A stretch of 64,000 nt of DNA, from contig NC_082721.1 in the NCBI RefSeq assembly GCF_030144855.1, positions 20,212,001-20,276,000 on the forward strand. Direction: 5' to 3'. The stretch comes from Hypanus sabinus. Its lineage: Eukaryota. This document shows positions 12,362 to 23,441 of the stretch, piece after piece. The translations under genes were made by a program, and so were the position numbers. Position 1 is the first letter of the stretch; each line of letters opens with the position of its first letter. A model generated the notes under the pieces. That model was not told where the DNA came from. It worked only from the letters and a program-made list of their open reading frames with translations, and did not search any database.

Positions 12362-13257
12362 CCATAAGGCATAGACTATGTTCTAAATGTGGAGATAATT
12401 CAAAAATCAGAGGTGCAAAGGGACTTGTGAGTCCTTGTGCAGCAGGACTTCCTGAAGCTAAACTTGCAGTTTCAGTCAGTGGTATGGAAGACAAATGCAA
12501 TTATAGTATTCATTTCCAGATTACTAGAATATAACAGCAAGGATGTGATCCTGAGGCTTTTTAAGGCATTAGTCAGACCACACCTGGAGTATTGTGGGTA
12601 CTCATCTAAGAAAAGACATGCTGCATTGGAGAGGGACCAGGGGAGTTTCATGGGAATGATTCTGGGAATGAAAGGGTTAACATATGATGAGCGTTTGATG
12701 GCCGTGGGCCTCTACTCACTGGAGTTTAGAAGAATGAGGGATATCTCATCAAAACCTATCAGATATTGAAAGGCCTCGATACAGTGGATGTGGAGAGGAT
12801 GTTTTCTATCGTGGGAGAATCTAGGGCCACAGGGCACGGCCTCAGAATAAAGGGACGTCCATTTAGGAAAGAGATGAGAAAGAATTTTTTTTAGCCAGAT
12901 AGTGGTGAATCTCAGGAATTCATTGCCCCAGATTGCTGCGGAGGCCAAGTCATTAAAGCAAGGGTTGATGGGTTCTTTGTTAGTCAGGGCATCAAAGGTA
13001 ATGGGGAGAAGGCTGGGAGAGGGGGATAAGAGGGATAATAAATCAGCCATGATGGAATGTTGAGAAGACTCAATGGGCTGAATGGCCTAATTTTGCCCCT
13101 CTGTGTTAAGGTCTAATCACCAAGGCATGGGAGACCATGAGCCAAGTATGCTGAAATCAGATTTGTGAAAATGGGTAATTTATGGTCAGTGTGGACATGG
13201 TAGGCTCTAGGGCTTGTTTCTGTGACATTGAACTTGAGATTTCAGCATATAAATCAA

Positions 13258-13345
13258 TATTGACACTCCAGTCCAGCAATAAGAGGATGTTGCACTGTCA
13301 TAAATGTCATCTTTTGTATGAGATGTTAAACCAATGCCTCATTTA
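13258..13345 (+). mobile_element. Deu-domain SINE fragment
   Basis: tgacactccagt...tgcactgtc...atgagatgttaaacc. Confidence 0.6.
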
Positions 13346-13505
13346 CTGATCTTCTATTCGATATTGAGCTGAGAAAAGACTTAAATTTTCCTTGTGCCTT
13401 TCACAGCCCATTCAGAATGTCAGGAAAGAAATCTAAATCGTTGTTACAACTGCATTCTGAAAGGAAAGTGGAAATCTTCAAGCAGTAGCTTCTGAATGAT
13501 ATTTA

Positions 13506-13819
13506 CGAGGGGTGATTGATAAGTTCATGGCCTAAGTTAGGAAATGCGTTATTAACTTCAAACTTTCTGCATAATCACTCAGGGAGTTGACCTGTATGCG
13601 CACTTTAGAGCTGTATAACTCATATCCTTCCACCTTAGGCCATGAACTTATCAATCACCCATCTGCTGACACTTTCTCGAGGTCCAAGATCCCTATGCTC
13701 CACGACTGCTGGACTAAGTGTGTAAATGTAGGAGGGGACTATGTCGAAAAATAAATGTGCTAGGTTTTCTAAAATTGACTCCTTCTACCTTAGGCCAATA
13801 ACTTATCAATCATCCCTCG
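13506..13819 (+). mobile_element. Mariner-derived non-autonomous element with three TIR copies
   Basis: TA-cgaggggtgattgataagt...acttatcaatcatccctcg-TA; 13698-13754 encodes LHDCWTKCVNVGGDYVEK* (mariner transposase C-terminus). Confidence 0.88.
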
Positions 13820-13821
13820 TA

Positions 13822-14280
13822 TTTATTTACTGAGATACAGTGTGGAATAGGCCCTTCAAACCATGCTGCCCAGCAATCCTCTGATTTACTACTACTACTA
13901 CAACAACATTGACTCGCCAGCATCAGGCATGATGACAGACTCTCCACTCCTCCCTCTCTCTCCCCCATCAGTGTGTTCAGTTCATCTACATTAGCCGCAC
14001 TGCTATCTTGCTTGGGCCATGCTTGGGCTCCCACATGATGACTAGGCTGGCAGGTAGCTCAGGGTGGCGTAGACAGTGCCCACTAGTTACAGTCTTCTCG
14101 CCTCGATTTTAGTAGTGAGCATCTGTAGATTGTCATAGAGCTCGACGTGCTGATTTAAGCCTAGCCTAATCGCAGGACAATTTACAATCAATAATCAACC
14201 TACCAGCCAGAATACCTTTGGACTACAGAAGGACACCGGAGTACCCAGAGGAAACCCAAGCAGTCACAGGGAGAGCCACA
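13822..14280 (-). mobile_element. V-SINE (HE1-like) split by an RTE insertion
   Basis: tail gagatacagtgtggaataggccc; V-domain ccggagtacccagaggaaaccca. Confidence 0.8.
13889..14149 (-). mobile_element. RTE-clade LINE 3' end with 8-bp TSD
   Basis: minus strand KIEARRL*/GHCLRHPELPASLVIMWEPKHG; (TAG)n tail; ctgattta at 13881-13888 and 14150-14157. Confidence 0.85.
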
Positions 14281-14429
14281 CCTGCTAAACTCCTCCAGCA
14301 TTTTGTTTGTTGTAACAGATTCCACAATCTGCAGTCACTCATGTTTCCATGACTTTTTTTATGCCCACTTAGGAAAGCTGGCAAAGCCTCAGTTAATATC
14401 CCACAAATAGTCTAATGCATTAAAACAGT

Positions 14430-14520
14430 GGCTGAACTTCAAAAGAACTAAATTGGCTGTAAAGCATTTTTTTGGCACCTTGAGTGTGTTTATAGTGCTA
14501 AATAGATGCAAGTCTTCCTG
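14430..14520 (+). mobile_element. Deu-SINE 3' end
   Basis: acttcaaaag...attggctgtaaagc...atgcaagtctt. Confidence 0.55.
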
Positions 14521-14931
14521 GTTTCTCATTAAAGCTTAATTTTTAGTATTGTTCACGTCAAGTTGAACTGCCCTGTGGTCCCTCAGTTGATAATGAGAGA
14601 GCATTGTTATTCTCAGCTCTGTATTTGTCTGCTGTATTTTGGCTCAAACACTTATTTATTCTGGGCAGAGTAACTAAAACTATCTAGACCTTCAATTAGC
14701 TGTTTCATGCATTAGTTAAAGCAAGCATTGGCCTCACATTGTTACCTACTACAACCCTTTAACTCCTTTTCAGCTGGAGAGAAATACGCCCCTTCTTCAC
14801 TAATTCTGCTCACACCTTTAATGTAACAAAAGACCCAAAGGTATCCTGGAAACTTTTAGGGGTATAGGCAGAGCCAAGTCAGTTGGTGGAGAAGAAATGC
14901 TAAGAGCTCGATCCAGGAGTAAGGTCGGGCT

Positions 14932-15045
14932 CAAAGTTCAATGTTCAAAGAAAATTTATTATCAAAGTACATATATGTTACCATATACTACCCTGAGGTT
15001 AATTTTCTTGCAATTAAAAGAAATAAAATAGAATTAATGAAGTAG
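14932..15045 (-). mobile_element. Rex-type tail
   Basis: ttcaaag...tttattatcaaagtacatatatgt...taccctgag. Confidence 0.7.
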
Positions 15046-15287
15046 ATTCTGAAATCATTTACCGAATGAAATTTTCCTTATCCTTAAGCTTTCTGAGTTT
15101 CTGGGCAATATTCAAGTCCTTTTATTTAATCTAATAATATCTTTAACTCTGTTTAATAGCCAAAGCTTGACCTCTTTTCATGTTGTTGCTTTGTGCTCTT
15201 AAAGGGATGTACTACTTGTAAACTATATGTTTAATTTTTACATTAGAAGTTTTGATAGCAATTATTAATTTCCTAATTATCATGGCC

Positions 15288-15722
15288 AATCAGAATCAAG
15301 TTTATTATCACTGACAATAATATCAGTGATATTATTGATCACTGGAAATTAGTGATGGAACTTACTTAGTGTTGGAACTTAGGAAATTAGTTGCTTTGTG
15401 GCACCAGTACAGTGCAATATATAAAATATACTATAAATTACAGTAGCAAATATACATATAAAAATAAGTAAGTAGTGCAAAGGAGATCAAAAATAGTGAG
15501 GTCTTGTTCATGGGTTTATTGTCTATTCAGAAATCTGACGGTGAGGGGAAGAAGCCATTCCTAAAATGTTGAGTGTTTCTGCAGGATCTTCTATCTCCTC
15601 TCTGATGGTAATAATGAAAAGACGGCATGTTCTGGGTGGTGGGGGTCTTTAACGATAGATGCTAACTTTTTGAGCCATCACCTTTTGAAGATGTCCTTGA
15701 TGGTGTGGAGGCTATTGCCCAC
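15288..15722 (-). mobile_element. Rex1/Babar 3' end
   Basis: aatcagaatcaagtttattatcactg tail; similar to 11064-11316, with KDPHHP-type C-terminal remnant. Confidence 0.75.
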
Positions 15723-15973
15723 GTCTTCGTGACCTATGCTTTGTCGCCTATGCCTTGTTATTCAGACTCTATACCCTGGTTTCAGATGGAGTTAGACTTT
15801 CCTTGAACACTTTAGGTTAATGACTAATGGTAAATGACTCTTTCAGATGGCGTCTCAGATGAAGACAATGTGATTATGAAGTCTAGGAATGTGCAGCCAC
15901 AGTGGCAGACTATTTTAATTTGTGCCTCTTTGAACTAAAGGAATCACATTTCCTGGTCAGATTGGGATTGTCC

Positions 15974-16605
15974 AAAGTTCAAAAGTAAATTTATTATCAA
16001 AGTATGTGTAGGTCACCATATACTATTTGAGATTCACTTTCTTGTAGGCATTCACCGTAGAACAAAAAGAATCAAATTAATGAAAACAACACACAGCAAC
16101 TGCCAAACAACCAATATGCAAAATATGAGAAACTCTGCAAATGCAAAAACATATAAAGAATGAATAAGTAATACTGAGAACATGAGTTATATAATCATAT
16201 AACAATTACAGCATGGAAAAAGGCCATCTCGGCCCTTCTAGTCCGGGCCGAACGCTTACTCTCACCTAGTCCCACTGACCTATGTAACCATATAACAATT
16301 CTTGATAACCATAAAACAGATCTTGAAAATGAGTTATAGGTTGTGAAGACAGTTCAGAATTGAGGTGAGTTTAATCATGTTCATGATGGTTCAGGGTCAT
16401 AGGGTAATAACTGTTTCCGATCCTGGTGCTGCGGGGCCTACAGTTCCTGTACCTTGTTCCCAATAGCAGCACAAGAAGGGAGCATGACCTTGATGGTGGG
16501 ATATCCTTGATGAAGGATGCTGTTTCCTTATCACAGGGCTCCTTGTAGATGTGTTCAGCGGTAGGGAGGGCTTTGCCTGTGATGGACTGGACTCTATCTA
16601 GGTCT
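15974..16605 (-). mobile_element. Rex1/Babar 3' end with a CR1 tail inserted at ~16190-16300
   Basis: tail and C-terminal remnant collinear with 6603-7155; insert matches the CR1 tail at 20396 and 56603. Confidence 0.8.
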
Positions 16606-17514
16606 TTTTTGTAGTCAGACTCAATGTGATGAACCCACAGTCAAATGACTCAGTTACAGTCACTGTCAAGACTCACCTGAAGATTGGTTAGGGTAAGATT
16701 CTTCACATCTCTGGGAAATAGCCCTAGCATGGAGAAAGGGTAAGAGAGCACAACGTTAAAGGATGCAGGAGGAATGAGATGGGGAGGGGATGGAACTAAA
16801 GGGAAGTAGAAAAAGGAATGCAGTACTGCCATTTTAAAAGATGCCAATTATTACCAGCTGAGTTTTGTCTGTAAGACATCTGTGGAAAGCTAGCTATTGT
16901 CAGCTGCATTTGATTGACATCCAGACACACTCAGATTCCTTTAAAAAATGACTACATTGTACTGCAATTTCCCAGAACTTCACTATTCCAAAAAAAACGC
17001 TTACAAAATTAATTCCTTTACATGTCGCAGTCATGTAATCCATGGTTCTGATGACTGAATGGGATTGGTATACTGTTGATTAAATCCCAGGTTTGTGAAA
17101 CAGCATTGTCACACGGTGGAATGAAAGACAGATTACTCTTATTTCTAATGATAGAAACCATCTGTGAGAAGAGGGTAACAATTATGCATTGCACATTGTC
17201 CGGGAAAACAAACCTGATAATGAGCCAATTAAGAAAGCTGATGTTCAATTAAATCTGCCCATAGTTATTTTCCTCAACAACTGACACAGAAAAGCTGGCA
17301 TTTTAAGATACTGGATTGACATGAAATGATTCTCCACAGTCACAAATTTCAGGAATGAATTAAATAAAAGGAAGGTAGATGGAGTTAGCTGTCCAGTGGT
17401 TAATGAGAAGGATTAATCTTCTGATGAGTTATTTATATTTGACCCACAGTATGAGCTGCTAGAGAATATAAATAATTTAGTTAATTAGCAGGGAGCTCAT
17501 TGTACCCTGAAAAT

Positions 17515-17790
17515 TCTAGATTCAGGATTCAATATTCAAGATTGTTTATTGTCAGTCTTCAGCATACGAGTGTAAAGGAGAACAAAATGATTGTCACTCC
17601 AGATCTGATACAGCATAAAAAAACATAATTAAGCATAAAGAACACAATAACAATACAATAAATATAAATATAAAAGCAATCCAATAAAACACAATTTCCA
17701 AGTAACTGTTATATACATGGACTGACTGTATGTACATAAAGTGATGTTAGGTGATTTTTATGTGTTAGTGGTGGTGGGGGTAGCTGCGAT
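17515..17790 (-). mobile_element. Rex-type 3' UTR
   Basis: attcaagattgtttattgtc...gtgtaaaggagaac...actccagatc; reverse complement of 21020-21095. Confidence 0.65.
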
Positions 17791-18277
17791 GGAGGCTCCA
17801 GTTTTAAGAAAACACCTTTCTTGGATTTAAGGTACATTTAGCTTTTTTTTTGTCTACAGGCTCCAGGTCATATCTGAAAAGGAGATTTAATTCAGTTTTT
17901 GAAATCCTATTTATTTCATGAATAATGTCCAGTGCTATGCTTCATTGCTTCAAGTAAATTTTAGTAAAACAAGAATAAAAGTGAAAATGTGAACAACAAT
18001 AAGTAGTATTAAAAATAAATAAATGCCAAATTCTATTAAGCCCAAGTTTACAATACAAGCAGAACTGTACATGAGTTAGAACAGTATTTTAGTGTGGCCT
18101 ATCCAAAAATACCCTCAAACTAGGCATACAATAACCTCACGTTAACTACATGTGAGTTAATTTACTATCTCCTTTAATTTGATGACATCAGGAAATGGGG
18201 AGGGATAGGTGTTAAGCATGGTATAATGTTTTATATGGAGCATTATCACATTTGAAAGAAATTTCTTTCTATCTTGT

Positions 18278-18640
18278 TTGTAACAGGGACACCTCTTTCT
18301 CACTTATTAGGGAGGGAGAGAGAGCCTGTGGTATGTTGAATACTGGGTGAAACGTGGAGTCTGCATCTTTGCTGTTGCCTTGCTCACACTTGAGTGCTCA
18401 GTGGCGGATGCCGATGCATTTTTTGCCAGTGGTTGGAGGGGGGATTGTTGCTTGCTGCTGCTTATGTGTAGGATGGGGGAGCTGGGGGGGGGGGAGGACT
18501 TTGGGGCTCTAACATTTAACTGTCATTCATTCATTGGGGGCACTCCTCTGTCTTCGTGGATGTTTGTGAAGAAAAAGCATTTCAGGATGTGTATTGTATA
18601 CTTTTCTTTGACGTTAGATGTACCTTTGAAACCTTTGAAA
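18278..18640 (+). mobile_element. Non-autonomous retroposon
   Basis: ends atttcaggatgtgtattgtatac...cctttgaaacctttgaaa tandem tail. Confidence 0.55.
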
Positions 18641-19344
18641 TCACAGTGTTAACCCAATCAGATCAATGGGGATGCTTCCTTTGCAGTTACTGGGCAAAGT
18701 TTATATGTGAACATAAAGGATGTCAATTATGTAGGAATGTGAATTTTCAGTGTTGTAAGTCTTCAGAGCTATCACAGAAACTCTAGGAATTATAAATTAA
18801 CCTCAGAAAATTGACATAATTCTATGACAGGAATCACATGGACATCAAAAGAAATAAAAACTTTATGAGTTTTATTAACAGCAGAAATTGGACTGAAGTT
18901 CAATATGACTGACACTTGGACAGCATTTAATGGGAGACATGAAAGCCCATTCGTTTTCTGATTGGCTACAGGGAGGAAGTGTCTGACATTGATGGATATG
19001 TCAGTTAACCAATGGCTGGCAGATATGCAGAGGGTGGCAGGAAGTGGGAGGCCAACAGGTTAAATCATCAGGAGTACAGCCAAATATATATTCAGTGGCC
19101 ATTTTATTAATTGTAGGAGGTACCTACCGAAGCAGCCACTGAGTGGATGTTTGCGGTCTTCTGCCACTGTAGCCTATCCACTTCAAGATTTGCCCTCAAA
19201 CACCAATACTTAATTATTTCCTGTCAGTCATGTTATGTACCGACACTCCAGTCATTTTATGAGCATTAAGCCAATTGACAGATTGTATATAAGCTATCCT
19301 ATATATTTATATATTATTATTATTATTATTACTATTATTATTAT

Positions 19345-20973
19345 CCACTCAAACTGGTAAAACCTGAGGTATGGGCATAGCCAAGGACGCTCATATGTCA
19401 ATTGCTAGGAATTTTTGGACTATTCCAGTGGTGTTTGCGGCTTTCTGAATATTTACATAGATACTACTGCGTAGTCCTAATTGTTTAATTCTATTGTGCA
19501 GTGCCTTTGGGATGACACCAGATGTAGATTTCACAACTGGGACAATGTATACCTTGTTCATGTTCCAAAGTCCTTCAATTTCCTTTTTTAATTCAGCATA
19601 TTTCTGGTGTTTTCACTTATTGATTTCTGTGAGTTGTATGTGTTTGGAATGGTTATATCTATTAAATAAGTTGTTCTTGCTTGTTTATCCTATATTATTA
19701 TATCTGAACAGTTATTGTAGATTGTACTGTCTGTAATAATGGATTGGTCATAATGTAACTTGTGTTATTCTGACTCTAGAACTGGATCAGGCTTGTGTTT
19801 ATAGTAATGTGTGTTTCATTTATGAGTTTCTATTTTAAAGCAAGCTTTTGATGAATGATGTTTTCCACTTGATTATGCCTGTGTAAGTAATCAGATTGTG
19901 TTGAACTGCTACAGGATCCTGTAAAGTGTTGGATTGTTTCTGGTTTTCTCAGTATTTTTTTTACATTTATCATCTTGAATTTGTTAGTCTTTTATTTTGT
20001 ATTTTTGATAGTTTTTTTTTGTGTTAACCACCTGATCCTGTATTGCCACTAGGAACGCTTCTGTTTCTGGGAAGAGGTCGACTCTGGGCCAGACATTCGA
20101 TGCTTCCTTGTCAACATTTGGTCCATTCAGATAGTGGGGATGTCTTCCATGCAGGGTCACGCTCTTCCATTGGTTAACATTTTCATCAATAGTAAAAATG
20201 TCACTTTTCAGGGTCATGGTCTCATTTAAATTTAGTGGCATATGCTCGCAAGGAGTTGATGAAAGTATATCCTTAGAAGTTTTTTCTGACTGTAGTGTAG
20301 ATTTTTAATGTGTGTTTTCCTCTTCCCCCTTCTGTCCTATATAGTGTGAACATAAATGCATTTGAATGTACATAATGTTTTCTGAAATTTGTCATATAAC
20401 CATATAACAATTACAGCACGGTAACAGGCTATCTCAGCCCTTCTAGTCCGTGCCGACGCTTACACTCACATAGTCCCACTGCCCCGCACTCAGCCCATAA
20501 CCCTCCATTCCTTTCCTGTCCATATACCTATCCAATTTTACTTTAAATGACAATAATGAACCTGCCTCTACCACTTCTTCTGGAAGCTCATTCCACACAG
20601 CTACCACTCTCTGAGTAAAGAAATTCCCCCTTGTGTTACCCTTAAACTTTTGCCCCCTAACTCTCAAATCACGTCCTCTTGTTTGAATCTCCCCTACTCT
20701 CAATGGAAAAAGCCTATCCATGTCAACTCAATCTACCCCATCATTATTTTAAATACCTCTATCAAGTCCCCCCTCAACTTTCTACGCTCCAAAGAATAAA
20801 GACCTAACTTATTCAGCCTTGCCCTGTAACTTCGAAGTCATTTCAGTACTTAATTTTCATTGTAAATTTTCCAGATCAGTTTCAAACCAAGATATGATGC
20901 CAAAAGAATGCATGAATATAGGTACAGCAAAAGTATTTATTGCCTTTGTTATGTTTTTACTGTTAAGCTCTGT
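19345..20973 (-). mobile_element. Dong/R4-clade non-LTR retrotransposon (restriction-like endonuclease), 5'-truncated
   Basis: minus strand LNSKNITKAINTFAVP; LFPETEAFLVAIQDQVVNT; PETIQHFTGSC...HRHNQV (zinc knuckle); NNCSDIII*DKQARTTYLIDITIPN; KYAELKKEIEGLW...VYIVPVV; (TTA)n on both sides. Confidence 0.85.
20396..20836 (-). mobile_element. Young CR1 3' end, (ATATGGTT)n-tail family
   Basis: ORF 20443-20721 MDRLFPLRVGEIQTRG...FFTQRVVAVWNELP; possible TSD gtcat (20391-95 and 20837-41). Confidence 0.92.
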
Positions 20974-21669
20974 TTATTATTATTATTATTATTATTATGT
21001 TTTGAGTTTTTTTTTGTAATACATTGCATCCGGTGTAACAATTATTTCATTCTCATTTACACTTGTGACGTCAAGCAATCTTGAATCTTGAATCTCTTCT
21101 CTTCACCACTTTTGTAACATGTGGTTATTTGAGTTACTGTCACCTTCCTGTCAGTTTGATCCAGTCTAACCATTCTCCTCTGACCTCACTCAATAACAAG
21201 GTGTTTTCACCCACAGAACTGCTGAACACTGGATTTTTTTTTTTTGTTTTTCACACCATTCACTGTAAACCCTTGAGACTGTTGTGCCTAAAACTCCCAG
21301 GGGATCAACAGTCGTTGAGAAACTCGAACCACCCAGTCTGGCACCAGCAATTATTCTATGGTTGATCGGTCACTTAGAACCCATTTTATCCCCATTCTGA
21401 TCGGAACAACTGAACCTCTTGACCATGTCTGCATGCTTTTATACATTGAGTTGCTACCACACAATTGGCTGATTACCTAGTGCATTTGGTGTACAGGTGT
21501 ATCTAATGAAGTGGCCACTGAGTGTATTTATTATTATCAATATTGTTATTGGCAGCCATATCTATTGTGCATCACAATTTATATAGTTTTTGATAAGCAC
21601 TAAGTTCTGTGTGCAGTGAGCAAACCATCATATATTTTCATTGCATCTGAGACTTTTAATGCAGAAATA

Positions 21670-21760
21670 TGTACAACAGCTGCAACACCTCAAAAAATAC
21701 TTAATTGGCTGTAAAGTGCTTTGGGATGTCCTGAGGTCATATAATAATGTAAGTTCTGGC
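21670..21760 (+). mobile_element. Deu-SINE 3' end
   Basis: acacctcaaaaaatacttaattggctgtaaagtgctttgggatgtcctgaggtc. Confidence 0.65.
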
Positions 21761-21974
21761 ATGTTTTTACTGGGACATTCAACCATGCCACATGGGGAAT
21801 ATGTAGAAGTGTGGGGCAGTTATTCTGGGAAACCATACAGTGTCAAACCACTCGCCCTAATTAGTAATATTTTTAGACCGTATGTGTTGTTCTGGTGATG
21901 CTGCATTAAAACAGCACCAACGTCATGAGTTTTGTGGTGACTGGTTCATCTCTTGACTTTCCATTGTCTGGAAA

Positions 21975-22340
21975 TGTAATGGAAGAGAAGCTCGTGTGGT
22001 CCTGAGATCCTGAGAGCGATGCCGTCTGGAGCAATGCTCCTGGTAGGGTCACCCATGGTGGTAAGGTCGAGGGTGAGGTCCCTGACGAGGAACAATCCAA
22101 CCAAGACCTCAACGGCTGTGAAGGGGGATGAAGGTTGCAACAAATCCGTCAGCTCCAGTCGTCATGGTTTCCATGCCATTAGAATCAGTTGGTTGATTTG
22201 TGAAGTATCGTATGCTTCCTGGAGCGCAACATGAAGTATACGTCAAACAAATACATGCACAGGTGTCTTCACTCTGTGATAGATCAACGGAACGAAGACC
22301 ATCATCCTCAACCTCGCGGGATCGCCACGATGACAATGAA
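21975..22340 (+). mobile_element. RTE-derived bipartite non-autonomous element (structured 5' leader plus 3' tail)
   Basis: gatcctgagagcgatgccgtctggagc...ctcctggtagggtcacccatggtggtaaggtc resembles the Expander/BovB-type RTE 5' UTR; ends gccacgatgacaatga. Confidence 0.65.
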
Positions 22341-22349
22341 CGGAGGAGC

Positions 22350-22955
22350 CTCCATTTTCCGATGCAGAACTCCATCAGGCAGTGGTCAGCTTGCAATACC
22401 CCGCAGGTAGTGCAAGCGTAGGACTTGATGGATTCCCCGAGCACACAGCCCAAACCATCTGGCAGAACATCTCAGCACCAGATCTCACCAACAGGCAACA
22501 CGAACTTGCTTGGTGGGCAATGTCCCCAGGGTGACTGCATTGAGGATGAGGTGGTTTTGTGGGCTCTGAGTTTGGGAAGAGGATGTGGAGAAAGATGCAA
22601 GGGTCTCTGCCATTGAGATGTCCGTAGAGGAATGTAGCCAACTGGCACAGTCCAGACTGAAGGAGCAGATACTGAGCAATGCACTGAAGCTCATTGTAGC
22701 CAATGCAAGGGCTCAGTGGGGAAGGACTGCAGTCCAGGGTTTTTCCACTACTGGGCAGGGAGGTCTGGGCTGGATGGGAAAGCCCCTTAAATATTCTCTT
22801 AATATATCACCCCAAGTAGCCACCAACAGCAATGGTACTTTTGGGTTTAAAAATGTATGTTATCACTACTTAATGTATTGTGTACTAAAGGAAATACTTT
22901 GCATGTTTTATTGTGTATATATTTTATTATGAATAAAGTATATTCTGTTAAAAAT
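22350..22955 (+). mobile_element. Tx1-like (L1 group) LINE 3' end
   Basis: FPEHTAQTIWQNISAPDLTNRQHELAW; EMSVEECSQLAQSRLKEQILSNALKL...AQWGRTAV; tgaataaagtatatt plus A-rich end. Confidence 0.7.
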
Positions 22956-23069
22956 ATTCCAGTGGAGATGTAATCACAACACTAATAAATTTTTTGCAAT
23001 CTGGGATAAAACTGCCCAACACCCATACAATAAACTAATATTTTATATACCATTCACAAATGTACTGCA

Positions 23070-23250
23070 GAAGCTCACAATGGCTTTCCCAGCAGCACCT
23101 CCCTATCTTGCACCCTCCGCCATCCAAAAGAAAACAGGTAGCAGATGCATGAGAAAGGTCCAACGTGCAGCCTTGACTCCAAGATGCAGACAGAACAAAC
23201 ATTTAAACGTGTTGTTGTTGTTCTGTTTTTCATTATCACTCTGTCCATTT
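23070..23250 (+). mobile_element. Old CR1/L2-group LINE fragment (family of 2540 and 63180)
   Basis: cagcacctccc...gcagatgcatgagaa. Confidence 0.5.
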
Positions 23251-23441
23251 CAAGGAACTTGCAGCCCAGAATCACTGAGAGAGTATCTTCAAATGTATCC
23301 GATTTAAGTGGGAGGCTTACCGTCACATACTCCAGGACAACCACGGACTGGCAACATTGGCTTCATCATTGACGCCCACATGCTAGAACTTGGTTTGGTG
23401 CCAGGGTGCTTTAGCTTGTACATCTGTAAAATGATGATATA

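Larger units (their letters stand above)
8700..13117 (+). mobile_element. Long decayed CR1 LINE (ORF1 SGNH esterase, ORF2 APE endonuclease and RT, 3' stem-loop)
   Basis: VVIGDTI...CCLLAARVKEVSERL (ORF1); LNAHSI*NKVDDL (EN, ~10083); KSPGPDGSHPRDLK, TNLLEFLEEIT, YINDLD, KALVRPHLEYC, LYSLEFRRMR (RT to C-term); stops, frameshifts, an internal deletion and nested inserts. Confidence 0.92.
19232..21095 (+). mobile_element. Rex-type 3' UTR split by the Dong element (19232-19311 and 20999-21095)
   Basis: tgtatataagctatc...tttata continues as atccggtgtaacaattatttc...tcttgaatcttgaatct. Confidence 0.6.
19089..21524 (-). mobile_element. Tc1-derived element hosting nested Rex, Dong and CR1 insertions
   Basis: left TIR ttcagtggccattttatta at ~19089; body resumes ~21096; right TIR ctaatgaagtggccactgagtg-TA. 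Confidence 0.7.

Noticed and set aside
11944-12534. 196-aa plus-strand ORF
   Set aside because: Antisense reading of a young CR1 3' end running into older CR1.
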